64,000 nt of DNA. Source: Paraspadella gotoi. Taxonomy: Eukaryota; Animalia; Chaetognatha. The notes under the pieces were generated by a model. That model saw nothing but the letters and a program-made list of their open reading frames with translations. It did not search any database and was not told where the DNA came from. A program made the position numbers and the translations under genes. This document shows, piece after piece, positions 37,990 through 50,700 of the stretch. Within the stretch, counting starts at the first letter, position 1. Every line of letters begins with the position of its first letter. The stretch spans positions 14,745,574-14,809,573 of the forward strand of contig CM119263.1 in assembly GCA_051294375.1 (NCBI GenBank). Direction: 5' to 3'.

Positions 37990-38202
37990 TGTTGGCTTTG
38001 GGGGCTTTCGACCCTCAGTGACACCTCCAGTCACTGGCGCGGTTACCCTAGGACGGTCTAGCTTTGCCAACGCAGGGGAAGTCGTTAGAACTGTGGAATG
38101 TGTGGATGGAACGCAAGACCTGGGATGGTGCGTTCCCCCTCGGAGCCAATGGTATTGGCTGAACGATGGAGGACGTGAGGCGGTGTAAATATACCACCAC
38201 AC
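37990..38202 (+). ncRNA. Structured element, copy B
   Basis: Same stems as copy A; compensatory change to GGAACGCA/TGCGTTCC; longer inter-domain linker. Confidence 0.55.
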
Positions 38203-39205
38203 AATCATCAGTCTTTGGTCAATAAGCCACGGTATGAATATACTCTATCCGTTACTTAAGTCGCACCAACAACATAAAAGCCCAGCGCCGCCATTGAGAA
38301 TCGCTCCGCGGTCGTAGACGCCATTGCCGGACGGCGTTCTCGTCCTGGCGTCGTTTCCCGTCCCGGCGTTTACGCTCAAAAACGCGCCGGTTTTATGGCC
38401 GCCATTTCGGGCCGAATCCGCCGATTAAAATACCCGACGCCGCAGTTTTTCTTCGATGTTAAAAACGGCGCCGGTTTTTCAAGGAATTGTCGATTCGTAC
38501 GAACGGCGCGTGAGAATTATTTTTGAAAGGAGCGCCCGGGCTTGGGACAACGGGGCTTTGGAGGCCGCCGAAGCGGTCGCCGCCGTCATTGTCGTCGCGG
38601 GGCGACCGAGGACGAATATATCGTCTTCTGCGTCAAGTGGTCGCTTTAGATCATATCGTCGTGGTTGTTGACGTCGTCGAAATCATCGTCGTAATAATTC
38701 TTATTGATTCAATCATCATCATAACGTAATGAACTTAGCGTCGTCATCGTCATCCCCCGGTTTAATGCCATTGGGAGATTTAACTTGAGCAATGTCATTA
38801 TTCATCATCATCATTATCGTCGTGGTCGTCATCGTCGTCGTCACGATACCCCGCCAAACGCTCTCACTCTCCCAAGCGACGAATCTTGTCAGAGGCATTG
38901 ATCGAATTTAAATGGAAAATAAAATCTCACGGGGAAGAGGAGTGGAGACGACGAGGAAGGAGTAGGAGAGAGAGAGGGAAGACGATAAAGAAAAAGGAAA
39001 AGAAAAAAGAAGAAGAAAGCAGAGGAAATGTAAAGGATTAAACGGAACTTGAAAAAAAGAAAATAAACTCGATACAGATAAGAAGAGGGAAGAATGAAGA
39101 ATGAAGACCAAGTTTAGAAGAAGGTAGTAGAGACTAAGTCACTAAGGAGAACCTGATAAAAAATGAGACGACAAAATCGAGAAGCAGAAGAATGGGAAGA
39201 AGAAG

Positions 39206-39237
<32 letters not shown>

Positions 39238-39436
39238 GTGAAGGAAGGAGAAAAGAGAATAAAATTTAAATTCTTGAATTCACGTTTTGAGTCTCTGGAG
39301 TCGCGCGACGACACCTGGGGAGGACGGCGCCCATCTGCGCAGCCGGCGTCGGCGGCGGCGTCGGAGGCTGATATTGGCGGCGTCGGCGCTGACGTCGGCT
39401 GCAACTGCAGCGGTTAAGCACGTCTCTTTCGGCGAC

Positions 39437-39814
39437 CCGGAAGTGTATACGTAATAGATTTCCGCGGTTTAATGTTTTTCAAATTTAAGGCGGGAGTAAC
39501 AGAAATGTTCTAGCTGGCAACGAGGCAGATTGTATTCTATATAGTTAAATTTACTGTATTGTACATGTATATCAAATTATTATTTTTTAACATTCTTAAA
39601 GCCGTTATTAATTTGAACCCAGACATTCGAACGAAAAATGTCAGTAAATTATTATCTTATCTGAAACATAGCATGAGACTAGGTGCTCTCAGTAAAAAAC
39701 TAGTATCGAGGAAGCATTAGCCGAGTGACATTAGCAACTTTCTTTGCGTCGAAATGCGTTCTGGCGTTGAAAGGGGTAAACCTTTTTACGGATCTCAGCT
39801 GTTTCCATGGCAAC
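39437..39814. promoter_or_regulatory. Candidate promoter: ETS site, E2F-like site and RFX X-box
   Basis: CCGGAAGTG 39437-39445; GGCGGGAG 39489-39496; GTTCTAGCTGGCAAC 39507-39521; consensus X-box GTTTCCATGGCAAC 39801-39814 (again at 60815-60828). Upstream of a minus-strand ATG GGC GCC GTC CTC CCC AG|GT at 39334. Confidence 0.5.
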
Positions 39815-40499
39815 ATATCTCGCGACTTGTCTGTTGCTCTCACTCCGCACTCTACTTTCGCTAGATTTATTGCGCCTTCGACTTTTTTCTTGCATTCTTT
39901 TTAAAGCATTTATTGAACTGAATTTCGCATTATCTTTTCTATATTTAAATGAGGTGTGCGAATCTATTTTGTCTTTCAGACCCTAGATAGGTTTTTGAAA
40001 AGGATACTTACTTACATAGTGACTTACCTTAGCCAAAGTGAAACATAAAAATGCTTATAAAATCCTTTGTTTTTTTTTAAACTTAAAAAAACAAACCTAT
40101 TAGCGGCATTATCCTTTCACGTGAACAGCATCACCGTTTTCACGCTCGATTCTAACAACAGAAATCACTTTTTCCTTTTTTCCCGACCAAAGTCATTTCC
40201 ACGGCAAGTTCTCTCATCCCCTTCCACTGGATTCAGTCTCCCATATCAAATTTCAAAACACCAGATCTGCATATTTACGACGAAAAGCAAAACCGCGATT
40301 TCTCCGCAAAAAAAAAGACATTTCCCTTTTTTTTTCTATCTCCCTCTCTCTCTCGCGAAATTTCTATTGACATTAAGCTCTCCACGGTTTTTATTTCATT
40401 CAAAGAACGGAGAAACAGAGTAGGAGAGAGAGAGAAAGGGAGGGAAGACAAAGAGAAGGGCTGAATGTTGGGAGACATGGATAGAAAAGAAATGAAGAT

Positions 40500-40552
<53 letters not shown>

Positions 40553-41880
40553 CACCACTAGGAGGCGAGAGAAAGGAATAGGAAAAAATTAGGAAAAAAA
40601 GAAAAGAAAAAGAGGAAAAGGGATGTACGTGAGAAAAATGGAAGAAGGTAAAAAAGAAAAGCGAAGGAAAAGAAAAGCGAAGAAGGAAAATGCAAATTTC
40701 GCGAGAAGAATTTTTTTTTTCCTCCCGCGCGGTTTTTGAAGCCGCTATGAAGAGGAATGGTGCGACGTGGATTGTGGGTAGAGGGAAGGGAGGAAAATGG
40801 GAGGAAAGGGAATGAGAGAAAACTGTAAGGGGTTGGGTAGGATGGAAGAAAGGGCTGAAAATTCGGGGGAGAAGGAAGGGATAAAAATGAAATTAAAAGG
40901 GGAGCGAGAACGAAAAGAGTCCGGAAGGGGACAGGATGGTAGGGCGACATGAAAATGGATGTACCGAATGGGAGGGAGAAGGGGAACAAAGAATAATAGC
41001 GGCACGAGTTTAGACGGTCGTCGGCATACGGTAATTAGTCGGGCGGGCGAACTCGCTGTAAAAAAAAGGTGGTGTTTTGATGAGGCTGGAGAAGCGGAGG
41101 AACATCCCAGCGAAGAAGACAAAGAAATATGAAGGAATCTCGCTGACTGAGTTGGAATTTCTTTTTTCCGTCGGAGAGGGGAGGCTCGAAAAATTTGAGG
41201 ATTTCGTTGGGTTGGTTTTTTAGTTGAAACGTTATTTTATACGTAATCGTCGTCGTCGTCGTCGTCGTCGTCATATTTGTTTTCTTTGTTGTCTGAGAGC
41301 AGATTGGCGATAAACGGTTGACGACCTTCCCTCACGTCAATGGTCGCTTTTCTGCGTCACCGCTCGAAACTATAAAGGCCGCCAGATAAGGTTCTCTGAC
41401 GCAACTACAAGAAATAATAAGCGACGAGGAGCTTTTTGCAGAAGAATGTTTCAAAAGAAAGTCGCTCGAAAAAAAGCTCGACGAGAAACCGTGAGCGAAA
41501 CGTCCGTTGCAAAAGTGGCAAGAAAAAAAATATCAGTTGGCCGAAGAGCGTGTTGCTCCTTTCTTTCCGATTCCTTTGACCTTTTCCGACTTCTCTGGGC
41601 CTCTTTTTCCTCTTTCTTGTTGACTCTTTCCCTGCGCAACCTTCTAACTCGTCCTTTACTTTTGCCCTCCAGCTCCTCTACCTTCCCCTCCTCTTCTTTT
41701 CCACTTCTCCGAAAACGAAAATACCATAAAATTGCCAACTCATTTTTTCCTTTCTGACCTCACGGTTGAACGCATCTTCAACCGATTCTTTCCTTTTCTC
41801 TCCCCATTTTTTTTTTCACTTTTTCGAATACACACTCCTTTTTTTTTGCTCTTGTTCTTTCGTTGTGACAAAATACTTAC

Positions 41881-41987
41881 AAGATTCTTTCGCCCTGAAG
41901 ATGTCGCCTCGACCCAGGTTATACCGAGAAAATTGCGGAGGAGTAGAAGCCAAAAGGGGATGACATCGGAGGCAAAGAGCCAAAAAG
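41881..41987 (-). CDS. Probable exon with a hydrophobic segment (FWLFASDVIPFWLLLLRNFLGI), product unknown
   Basis: ctttttAG acceptor and GTAAGT donor (GTATGT in the duplicate at ~62912-63019); reading frame uncertain. Confidence 0.35.
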
Positions 41988-42714
41988 CTAAAAAGCCAAA
42001 ATCTTAAAAATACAGAAACAAAAAAAAAGAGAAAATACTATCAAATACTAGCCTTACTTATAGAACTCACAGCTAAAAAGTTGTTTATTACTTTTGAATT
42101 TCACTTTCAAAAGTTCACTCTGTCAAAACCCGTATGAAAAAAAATTCTGGAATTTAAAATGGAAATAGATAAAAAAGTCAAATGAGTTGCAAATATTATG
42201 GGGAAGAAAATTAGAAACAACAAGAAAATAAATAACCAACTAAGGTGCAGATGAAAAAATAAAAGAAAAATGACAAGTTGGCTGAAAGGAAAAAAATGGA
42301 GGTTATTGCACAAAAACATGGGAATGGGGAAAAAAAACCCCGTTGAGTAAGAAAACGCTAACTAACGAGGTAGCTTCAGTCGTTCTGTCAGAATCTCATT
42401 TGCATTTTGTCGTATTAATCATTTTTTTAATAATTTTGAGTTACCGGTTCTGCTTTTTTCAATGTGAAATCTGGCGCGAGGCTCGACGCAATCTTTGGCG
42501 TCTTTTATTAAATTATTTATTTTTTAAGAAACAAGAATAATTTGATAAAAAACAAAATTATACGAAAACAATCAAAATTATTTAGATGATCAAACGCTCA
42601 AATTTCTTTTAGAAGCTTTTTTACAGTTCAGTGACTCTTGTCCCTCTAATTAACGTAAAGATATATATTCACATTTTATTTCATTTCCCCCTTTCCACCC
42701 ATTACCCTCGCCAG

Positions 42715-43004
42715 GCGTCCTCGCCTTGGTCTACCGATGTTCCAAAGACTTCATCGAGGACTTCGACGCCCTCGAGCGCCTCAAAGCGCTGCGGGCGGAG
42801 GAAGACCCGGACTTCGACCTCGCCTCCGCCTACGACTTGGACGAGACGGCCTCTCGCGCCCAGTCGCGCGTCGAGAGCTTCTACGGACGAAGCCGGGCCG
42901 ACAAGACGGAGACCGACTCTCAGTACAGCGAGGGGCCACCCATGGGTCGAATGCCGCCGCCGATGCCGCCCGCCGCCCATCATAAGTTGGGCGGTTATTT
43001 GTAG
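42715..43004 (+). CDS. Terminal coding exon of a membrane protein, probably claudin-like (end of TM4 plus cytoplasmic tail)
   Basis: Pyrimidine tract plus CCAG acceptor; strongly GC3-biased frame (G)VLALVYRCSKDFIEDFDALERLKALRAEEDPDFDLASAY...HHKLGGYL*. The duplicate differs by a synonymous AAA/AAG. The C-terminal GYL resembles a PDZ-binding end. Confidence 0.75.
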
Positions 43005-43432
43005 AAAGGGCGGAGACGGTCGGCGTTCGTCCGCGATGTGAATCTACTGACGCCGCGAAAGCGAATTAGACTTTTGTAATAATCAATTACCTTGGCTCAA
43101 CTTCGTTAGAATTAAGCCCGATTGTACAATGCGGTTTTGCTAAACCATCAAACATTTTTGTGAATACGAAAGGTAAGCACCTCGCACGTCGCAAGCAGAC
43201 ATCGTACTCTTTGCATTCACGCAAGGCAAGCTTCCCGTCGAGGGTCCATCACTCATTCACCCGCTCAGGTAAAGCGAGACGACTTTTCCCCCCTTTTTCT
43301 TTTCTTCGTTTTTTTCCTTTCCTCCCTCTGATTCCGGCAAAAGCGCGGAAGAAAAGGAAGAGGAAAAACTTGAGCCGCGGGGGATATTTGCATGCAAATA
43401 TGGGACTGAGGGGAAGATGTGGGGAACTGGGG

Positions 43433-43513
<81 letters not shown>

Positions 43514-43514
43514 T

Positions 43515-43640
43515 CATGACCTGCTTTTACCACCTGTTTTTTCCCCTCTCTTTTTCCAATAGACATCCTGATTTGATCTCTCTGTGATTGGTTTTTCAGG
43601 AAGGCTTGCATAAATGAGGAGACGCAGGGACTGGGCAGCA

Positions 43641-43709
<69 letters not shown>

Positions 43710-44995
43710 ACGAGCTGAAATATTCTCTTGGTTATGAGAATATGAACGAGACAGAGAGAATCTTCTCCCTATTTTCAGCTCCCCTGTCCAATAAAACACT
43801 GATATCATCTCCCCATGGGTTGTTTTTCTTCCAAGCTCGCGGAAAGAAAGAGGAAGCACGAGCGAGAGAGGGAGAGGAAGTTGATAGAGAGCGAGGCAAA
43901 CATAAAGGTGCGGTCCTCGGCGGATGCTGAGGAGAAGAGGAAGGAGAGAGTGAGAGAGAAAAGATTAATGCTTTTCTATTTTTTTTTGGAGGGGGGGGAA
44001 TTAGAAAAGCATAAAAGGCGGGAACAACATTCAACATATGTTATTATAAACGCACATTAAACGATATCGACAAAATCTTTAGAACTAATTTCGTCCCAAA
44101 AAAGGAAGCAAAAAATGTGTTGCCCAGGCCCCCCCCCCCTTTTGTAAACGATGCGCCGCGGCGCCATCGACGGCAGAAGGGCCCACTGGGCCAGCGAGGA
44201 AAAAAAACGCGGAATGTTCGATGCGAAGAAACAGCGAACCGGTCTTCGTACAAAGAGATAAAAAAAAAAAGAAGAAGGGGGGGGAGAGAATGGGAGAGAG
44301 AGGAGAGAGCGAGGGAGGAGTATCGGGAAACCGAAAACAGGGTCCGGCGTGCCCGCGGGTCCGGGTCTCTTCCTAATTGGGGTCACTTCTTTCAGGGTGG
44401 AATCGCTCTCGTCGGGGCTCGTCGCCGATCAACGAGATAGAAAACGCGTTCGTGGGGCGCGGAAGGGGGGTAAAAGGAGCAAGGAGAGGGGGAAGAGGAG
44501 TGCGAGTCAGCAGGCGGGATGATTAGGAGAGAGAGAAGGGAGAACGAGAAAAAAAAAGCAATTTATTTAAAGTTTAAACTCTGGCTCTCTTCGGGGAATT
44601 AAAATCTGAAAAAGGATTACATCTTATCTTTTATATATATATCTGGAAAAATATTGGAAAAAGTTCAGTTTGACGTTTGACATAGAACGTAGGACATTGG
44701 GACAGCAGGAACAGTTAACCGAATCGGAACCACTGAATCCGATCTCTTATCCTCGAGTCTTCGCGGCGGACCCCTGTAGGGCCGGATCTAGACAACGGGG
44801 GTCCCAAGGGAGGGGGGGTTCGAAAAGGGAGAGTTACTTGGAGGGGGCGGGGGGCGGGGTGGGTACCACTGGTAGCTCGTTCGTCGACACCGCAGGATCT
44901 TTCTCGCGGGGGTTCTGGCAACCGGCGCCGGGCAAAGCAAATGTTGTACCTGGTTTGGACTCTCTGAACGTCTCTCAGTTGAGAGTTGGGAGGAA

Positions 44996-45052
<57 letters not shown>

Positions 45053-45380
45053 GAGAGGAGAGAGAGAGAGTGAGAGAACAGAGAGAGAGAGAGAGTGGAA
45101 AAATGAAGAAAAGAAAGAGGATGGGATGAGGAAAAACGATTGGAATGCGCGTCGGAGGTGGAAAAACGCCGGTGGTAAACTCGAACGGAAGAAATGTATG
45201 AGGGTTGGGTCTCGGTGTGCTGGTGCGCCATGGTGTGCGCCGTGGTGTGCGCCGTGGTGCGCCATGGTGTGAGGAAAGAACTCAGCCGAGTTGGTAGCCA
45301 ACTTTTATGACAAGGTTGAGAAAACAAGGCCGGAGGATCAAAGGAAACGGAAAGAAAAGGAAAGGGGGAAGGCAAGGGGA
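43515..45380. repeat. Segment duplicated at ~56795-58715
   Basis: Collinear; includes the 12-bp repeat CCATGGTGTGCG (~45228-45272) and possible minus-strand exons. Confidence 0.9.
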
Positions 45381-45492
45381 AAGCAAAGCGGAGAGAGAGA
45401 AAAAAAATATTCAAAGGGAGTACTAGATAAAGAGATACTGTGTGTGTGCGCGTATGTGTGCGTGTAAGAGGGGGAGAGAGAGAGAGAGAAGA

Positions 45493-45528
<36 letters not shown>

Positions 45529-46151
45529 AGGAGAGAGAGAGAGAGAGAGAGAGAAGAGAGAGAGGCGGAGGGATAAAAAAAAAAATTCGATTGTGAGATA
45601 AGCCGGAAAATTTATTAGAACGAAAAATAAGATTAAAAGCCTGAGGTCAGGCTCGGAATACGTAAGAAAGGTGAGGGATGGACAGAAGTGTGCGCCATTA
45701 GTGAGGACAAGGTGGTAAGCGAGTAATAGGCGGTGACAAAAGTAACTCGTAATTGTTTTCATTAGTAAGAAATATAAGTGAGGGTTTTATTCGAACAGTC
45801 CGAAATATCACCTTCAGGGAGCCCGAGGAAAAAATCAAGTTTACTTCGATTTGTTTTGACGAAAAGGGGGAAAATCCGTCTCTCTTTGCAATCATTCATT
45901 TCACTTAACACGTGCGGGGGCGTTGCCTTCCATTTATTGACGCTTTTTGTACAAATTCTCTGCGCCTTGGATCTGTAATTATCGTTGGATATATAATTTT
46001 ACAGCCTACATACTAATAATGACATGAAAACTTTGTTTTTATACAGGAATGTATGTATTAAACACATTTATTTTAAAACAGAAACTCGATCAAAAACAAA
46101 AAGATCTTCCCCTCTTCTAAGAATAAAAAAAGAGGGAAATTAAAAGGAACC

Positions 46152-46399
46152 ATGTCTCTCCCGGTCCTCCTCTCCCGCCTCGAATCTTCCTCCCTCTCGT
46201 CCTCCTCTCCCGGACCCTCCGCTCCTCGTCTTCCTCCCCTCTTCCTCGTCGTGGTCTCCGACGCTGTGGTGGTCAGCAGTCGAAAGCCGCTCCACTGCTA
46301 CAGATGCAACAGCGCCAACGACAAGCGTTGCGGCGACACCTTCGACAACACCACATGTATTTGCATAGATGTCCGCCGGAGGCGACGATGTGCACCAAG
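46152..46399 (+). CDS. Ly6/uPAR three-finger protein, crooked/quiver(sleepless)-type, exon 1 (frameshifted in this assembly)
   Basis: Hydrophobic leader, then LHCYRCNSANDKRCGDTFDNTT and, after an indel, MYLHRCPPEATMCTK; phase 0 donor AAG|GTGGGG. Confidence 0.85.
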
Positions 46400-46802
46400 G
46401 TGGGGATTCTGTTTGCAGGAACTTAAACTTAAAGTCGAAAAAAAAATAAAATTTTAAATAAAGTTAAAGTTGAATATATAAATAAATAAAGCTGAGGTTG
46501 AAATCAATAAAAAATTTTTTAGTTAATAATTTTTATAATAATTTTTTAAAATAGTTATTAATGATGATCACCTATCGCTCAATTATGAAATTTATACAAT
46601 CTATCTAAAATTAACCTTCATTCAATATATAGTAACTTGCAAATGACTTTTGACAGGCTATGGGGTGTTCAAGCCTCCATCCCTTTTACAAGATATGACA
46701 GATATAATAAACTCTGCAGAGTCTGCAGACTCTGCTGCTTCTCAATCTTCACTCAATGAATCCTCGACAGCTCTCACCTTTTAATTCATCTCTCACTTTC
46801 AG

Positions 46803-47068
46803 GTCATCGTCTGGATCGAAGGTTTTCCGGAGCGCATCTACAGAGATTGCGCAATACACGGTCAAGTGGGATGGACGAGGGTCGGTTGGGTGCGAAGCCC
46901 GAAAGGGGTCCTTCTGGTCGCGCGCCTTGACTGTTTACTGCAACGACAAGCACGGCCAACTCGGCGGAGGTACTATCGCCAAGTCGGGGACTTCGTGGCT
47001 GCTGGGTGGCGGCGATGGTGACTTTGGGGTTGGGGATGGCGGTGGTCTTGACTCTTGAGTTGAAATAA
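46803..47068 (+). CDS. Ly6/uPAR three-finger protein, exon 2 with GPI-signal-like tail
   Basis: ctctcactttcAG acceptor; VIVWIEGFPERIYRDCAIHGQVG / DEGR / CEARKGSFWSR / YCNDKHG / NSAEVL / WVAAMVTLGLGMAVVLTLELK*. The R.C, C..R.GS and C.C...GCN motifs are present across several indels. Confidence 0.85.
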
Positions 47069-48289
47069 AATTGTGTATCGTAAAATCGTAAAGTTTCCTT
47101 AGAGTTTCAAAGTTATTTGTAAATTTGTGAGAGAGCGAAAATGTCAAGTGCCTGCTAAATATTTAGAAGGTATTTCCGGCGTTGTATTCTTAATGTGAAT
47201 TTGTATATAAAATTTGAAATAATACCTGAAATGTAAATCGTACATACATTCGAGTTCTGCTGTTTCATTAAAAATTTGGGTTGACGTTATATCCGTTTCG
47301 TTATTGTTGTTCGCTTTTTTTGTAAATAGAATATTTTCATAAAGTTAAAGACAATTTTTATTTCGTGCAATTTTTTGTTGGTAGTTGTGAATTGACGATT
47401 AAATCCTTTTTCGATTTGTTTTACCATTATAAAGTTTTTTCTAGTTCGTGCCTTTCAACTGGCGATCTTGTCACGTTTCTTTCTCTCATCCATTTCCATT
47501 TAATCCATTTTGATAAAAGAGTTTGCGAACTATCAGATCACACGACCGTTTTCTCACGTGACCAAATCAATAACCGCTTGACCACAAAACCACATTTACG
47601 ATTAAGTTTTAAATCTTAACAAATTCGATATAAGCTTCGGTTCGTTTACATCACATCAATGAGATTCCAGAGTTGAAAGCCGAAATTTTATAATCGAACT
47701 GAATAAAATTTTAAATAGAAAAGTTTTTAAAATTTCATATTTCGCTTCTTTCCCTTTTTCAAAACCTCAATTTTTCCGCCCTGTAACAACTTTCGTTCCA
47801 CAAAAGATTATTTTTTCAGAAACAGAAAAACCAAACGTAATAAGACGCTCTACGCCGGACTCGAAAATCCAACCCACGCCCCGAACGCTCACGAACGCGC
47901 AGAACCGCAAACAACGCACGGCAACAGCAACTTTTCTCCGCCCCTCGCACGCAATACAAATACAAGTGGCCCGTGAAACCTCGTGCACGCAGGTCACAAC
48001 ACAAACGCGGCGTTTAACACGCCAATCCGTCATTTCGCCGCAGTGGACGCGCCGCGCACGCCCACAAACACGCATTCCTCCAATTCTTTCTACTTCGCCA
48101 TCGCGTTCGTGGGTTCCCGCTTTTTTTTTTTCCTTTTTTTTTTCTTTTTTTTTTTTTTTTCTTTTTTTGTTTTCCTTTTTTTTTGTCTTTTTTTCCTTTT
48201 TTTTTTTTCTTTTCTTTTTTTTCTTTTTCCTCCTCTCATGCGAGAAGAATTTGGACGACAACTANNNNNNNNNNNNNNNNNNNNNNNNN

Positions 48290-50700
48290 TCTCTCCCAGT
48301 CAGTTCTGCTCCTTATTTGCTCCAATGAGCTAACTATTATCTCGTCGTCCCTCGAGAGCAGTTTTACGACTTCCTGGACAGTGCCGTCGAGTTAAGGATT
48401 TCTTGAGGTCACCCCTATTTATATTCAAATGTGCCAATTCTCAGAGGCGATCGGGTTTCACGTGTTTCGCACGCATGTTGTCGTCCATTTCAATCTCGAG
48501 TTTCGCGACGTTGCATTCCGGCACGTAAGGTTCGTAGGAGCTTCCTACGAGACATTATTGGGACGATCGAGTCCGAGGCTCGGATGGAAGCCTGTTTCTT
48601 TCACCTGACGGGCTTCTACAAAATTTCCTTCTGCACGCTTGTCTTGTCATGAGCAGCTAGCCCTCATGTACTTCATGGCGTGTAACCTAAGCGGATCTAC
48701 CTCGATCCTTTCTCTGCGTACAGCGAGGCCTCTCATATGGCTCTTATCGCGCTGGGCTCGACTAATGGCTTACTGGTGGATGCGCGCGGTTCGGATCTTG
48801 CAGAACCGCCCTATTATTTTCCAGCCGAGCCGACCATTCAGACTTTTTCTACTGTCACCTGAGTGCCGACGTACCTCTGGCTGGCCGAACCTTGTCCCTA
48901 GCTGAGTGAGAGTCCCGGCCACGTAATCCTTGTTGGTCAAGCCCCCTTGTCTGGTGTCTGGGTGAGTCCCTTTCCGCAGGCCTCCGTAAAAGCTTCTGAG
49001 GAAAGCGGCTGGGGACCCTCCGTCGGGTTCTTCTCATTTTTCCAGTTCGACGGCTGTTCGAACAAGATGTAAAAACGTAGGGCCGTGGGCGTTCCTCTCT
49101 CCTCCCGCTTGTCAGATGGTTGTTGTCTATACATCGAGGATTTCCTGACAAAAGTTTTCTACTGATGGTTGCTCAGAAGGAGTCTGCACCGCGTCGAAGA
49201 GCGGTGTCTACACATGTCTGGGAACAGAAGGTTGTCCTGGGCGCACGGACAAGAGAGCGAGCAGTAGGTATAGGCCACTGTCGATCGCCGTTCGATCCGT
49301 CCCTCGTGGTATGTGATTCACGTGCGATGGGACGCCTCACCGAGAAAAGATCCGTCCCGTTAAGACGTCCCGTGGTTGTTGTTGGGTGCTGTAGCTCACT
49401 GCCTCCGAGAGCCGCCGCTGGTCTATCAATCGATTCCGCCTGCATCGCATTCCCACGGAAGATCTCTCGCTCTCATAGCTTTACTTGTCTGCTGCCGCCA
49501 TTAAGTTGGTCTTCAAGTCATAGTTAGCAGGCGCGACCTCTTAGAGGGAAATCTGGCGATTAATATTGCTGTTCTGTGTGGTGCAGATGTGAGCGCTGCG
49601 TGGGATCTGTATCCTTGAGCACTTTCTTAGTGAGGGTACCTTTCGTCTAGTACGCTTGACACGTGATCTGCCGCTCCACTGTCGCAGGATGCGGTGTATG
49701 TCTCTCGCAGGTTAACCTTCTACTCGAGGTCGATAAGGTATGCTCTTTTCTTTCACTCTCTCTCTATCTTTTTTTTTTTTTCCTCTTCCTTGGTTCTTCC
49801 TCTTTTTGAACTTTACGAGGTGCGGGAGGCTGTAGTGCGCTTACCGGTCTTATTGCCTCACAGAGCCGGTGCTCGATGTTCGCTCGATCGCAGGGCCTAC
49901 CATCCTGCGGAGTCCGCGGGATTGAGGGTCGGGTTTGAGTACCAATTATTTCCTCCGTTAAGGATGACTGTGGGTTCTTTGTGGGGGTAAGTGTCTGGTT
50001 CTCTCGCCGTGGACGTGTGTGAGTGGGTCGAATCCACTCCCGTCCCCACGCAACAAATAAGTAAAGCAGACAATTGGATTTCTAGCGAAACCAAGTGGAT
50101 TTTATTTCTTCAAGAAAATAGACGTATGACAAAACGGTTCAATTTTTTGGGAGCAAGATGTGAACAATAATGTCCTGGTTCCTTTTGAGAGGTCGTCTCA
50201 ATCGATTCAGAGTGTCTATAGAGAATAAATTTTAGCAGGCGAAAAGCATGTGCTCACATTGGCCAGGTTGCCCATTTTGTTTCTTCCGGCAACAATATAT
50301 GACAGTCCATTCTCCTCTTGGTGGCTTTTTTCGCTCGCGTCGATTGACGCACTTCTCGATTCTACATCGTCCTTGAGGGTCTGCGGATGCCCCCATCTCT
50401 CGCCTCTCTCTATACCCAGCTTACTCAGCTTCTCTTTCCTTTTCATAACTCCTTCTTCTCTCTCGTCACTCGAGACAAGAGAAACGAACTTTTAGTATCT
50501 TTTGATTCCTCGTTGTTTTTCTGGTCACTCGACCATCGAGAGTAACATGCACTAGGGAGCCGACAGGAGTATACCAGATGTCCATGCCACGAAGACTATC
50601 AACGCAGCAGACCACAAGTAAGTCACGGGTTTGGTGGAGAGAGGATGGCTGATACATAGAGGACAGAAGCGTGCGTTCAGAGTCAAACTAAGAGAGCAGC
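48290..50700 (-). mobile_element. Degenerate Ty3/Gypsy-type LTR retrotransposon gag-pol fragment
   Basis: In the expected minus-strand order: zinc-knuckle remnant ITCQAx*TKG.LTK.C (~49615-49670), aspartic-protease remnant TAL.D.GADS..TISRKLL (~49150-49206), pre-RT segment KLEIEMDDNMRAKHVKPDRL..VQEVVKLL (~48340-48505). Many frameshifts; truncated by a gap. Confidence 0.55.

Larger units (their letters stand above)
37778..42950. repeat. Segment duplicated at 58770-64000
   Basis: Collinear from attaatgcgcggtgtccgattc to ccacccatgggtcgaa; differences are mainly indels. Confidence 0.95.

Noticed and set aside
46152-47068. Ly6 and claudin frameshifts as pseudogenisation or programmed frameshifting
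   Set aside because: The indel density matches the sequencing noise seen between duplicated blocks, while the motifs and splice sites are intact.
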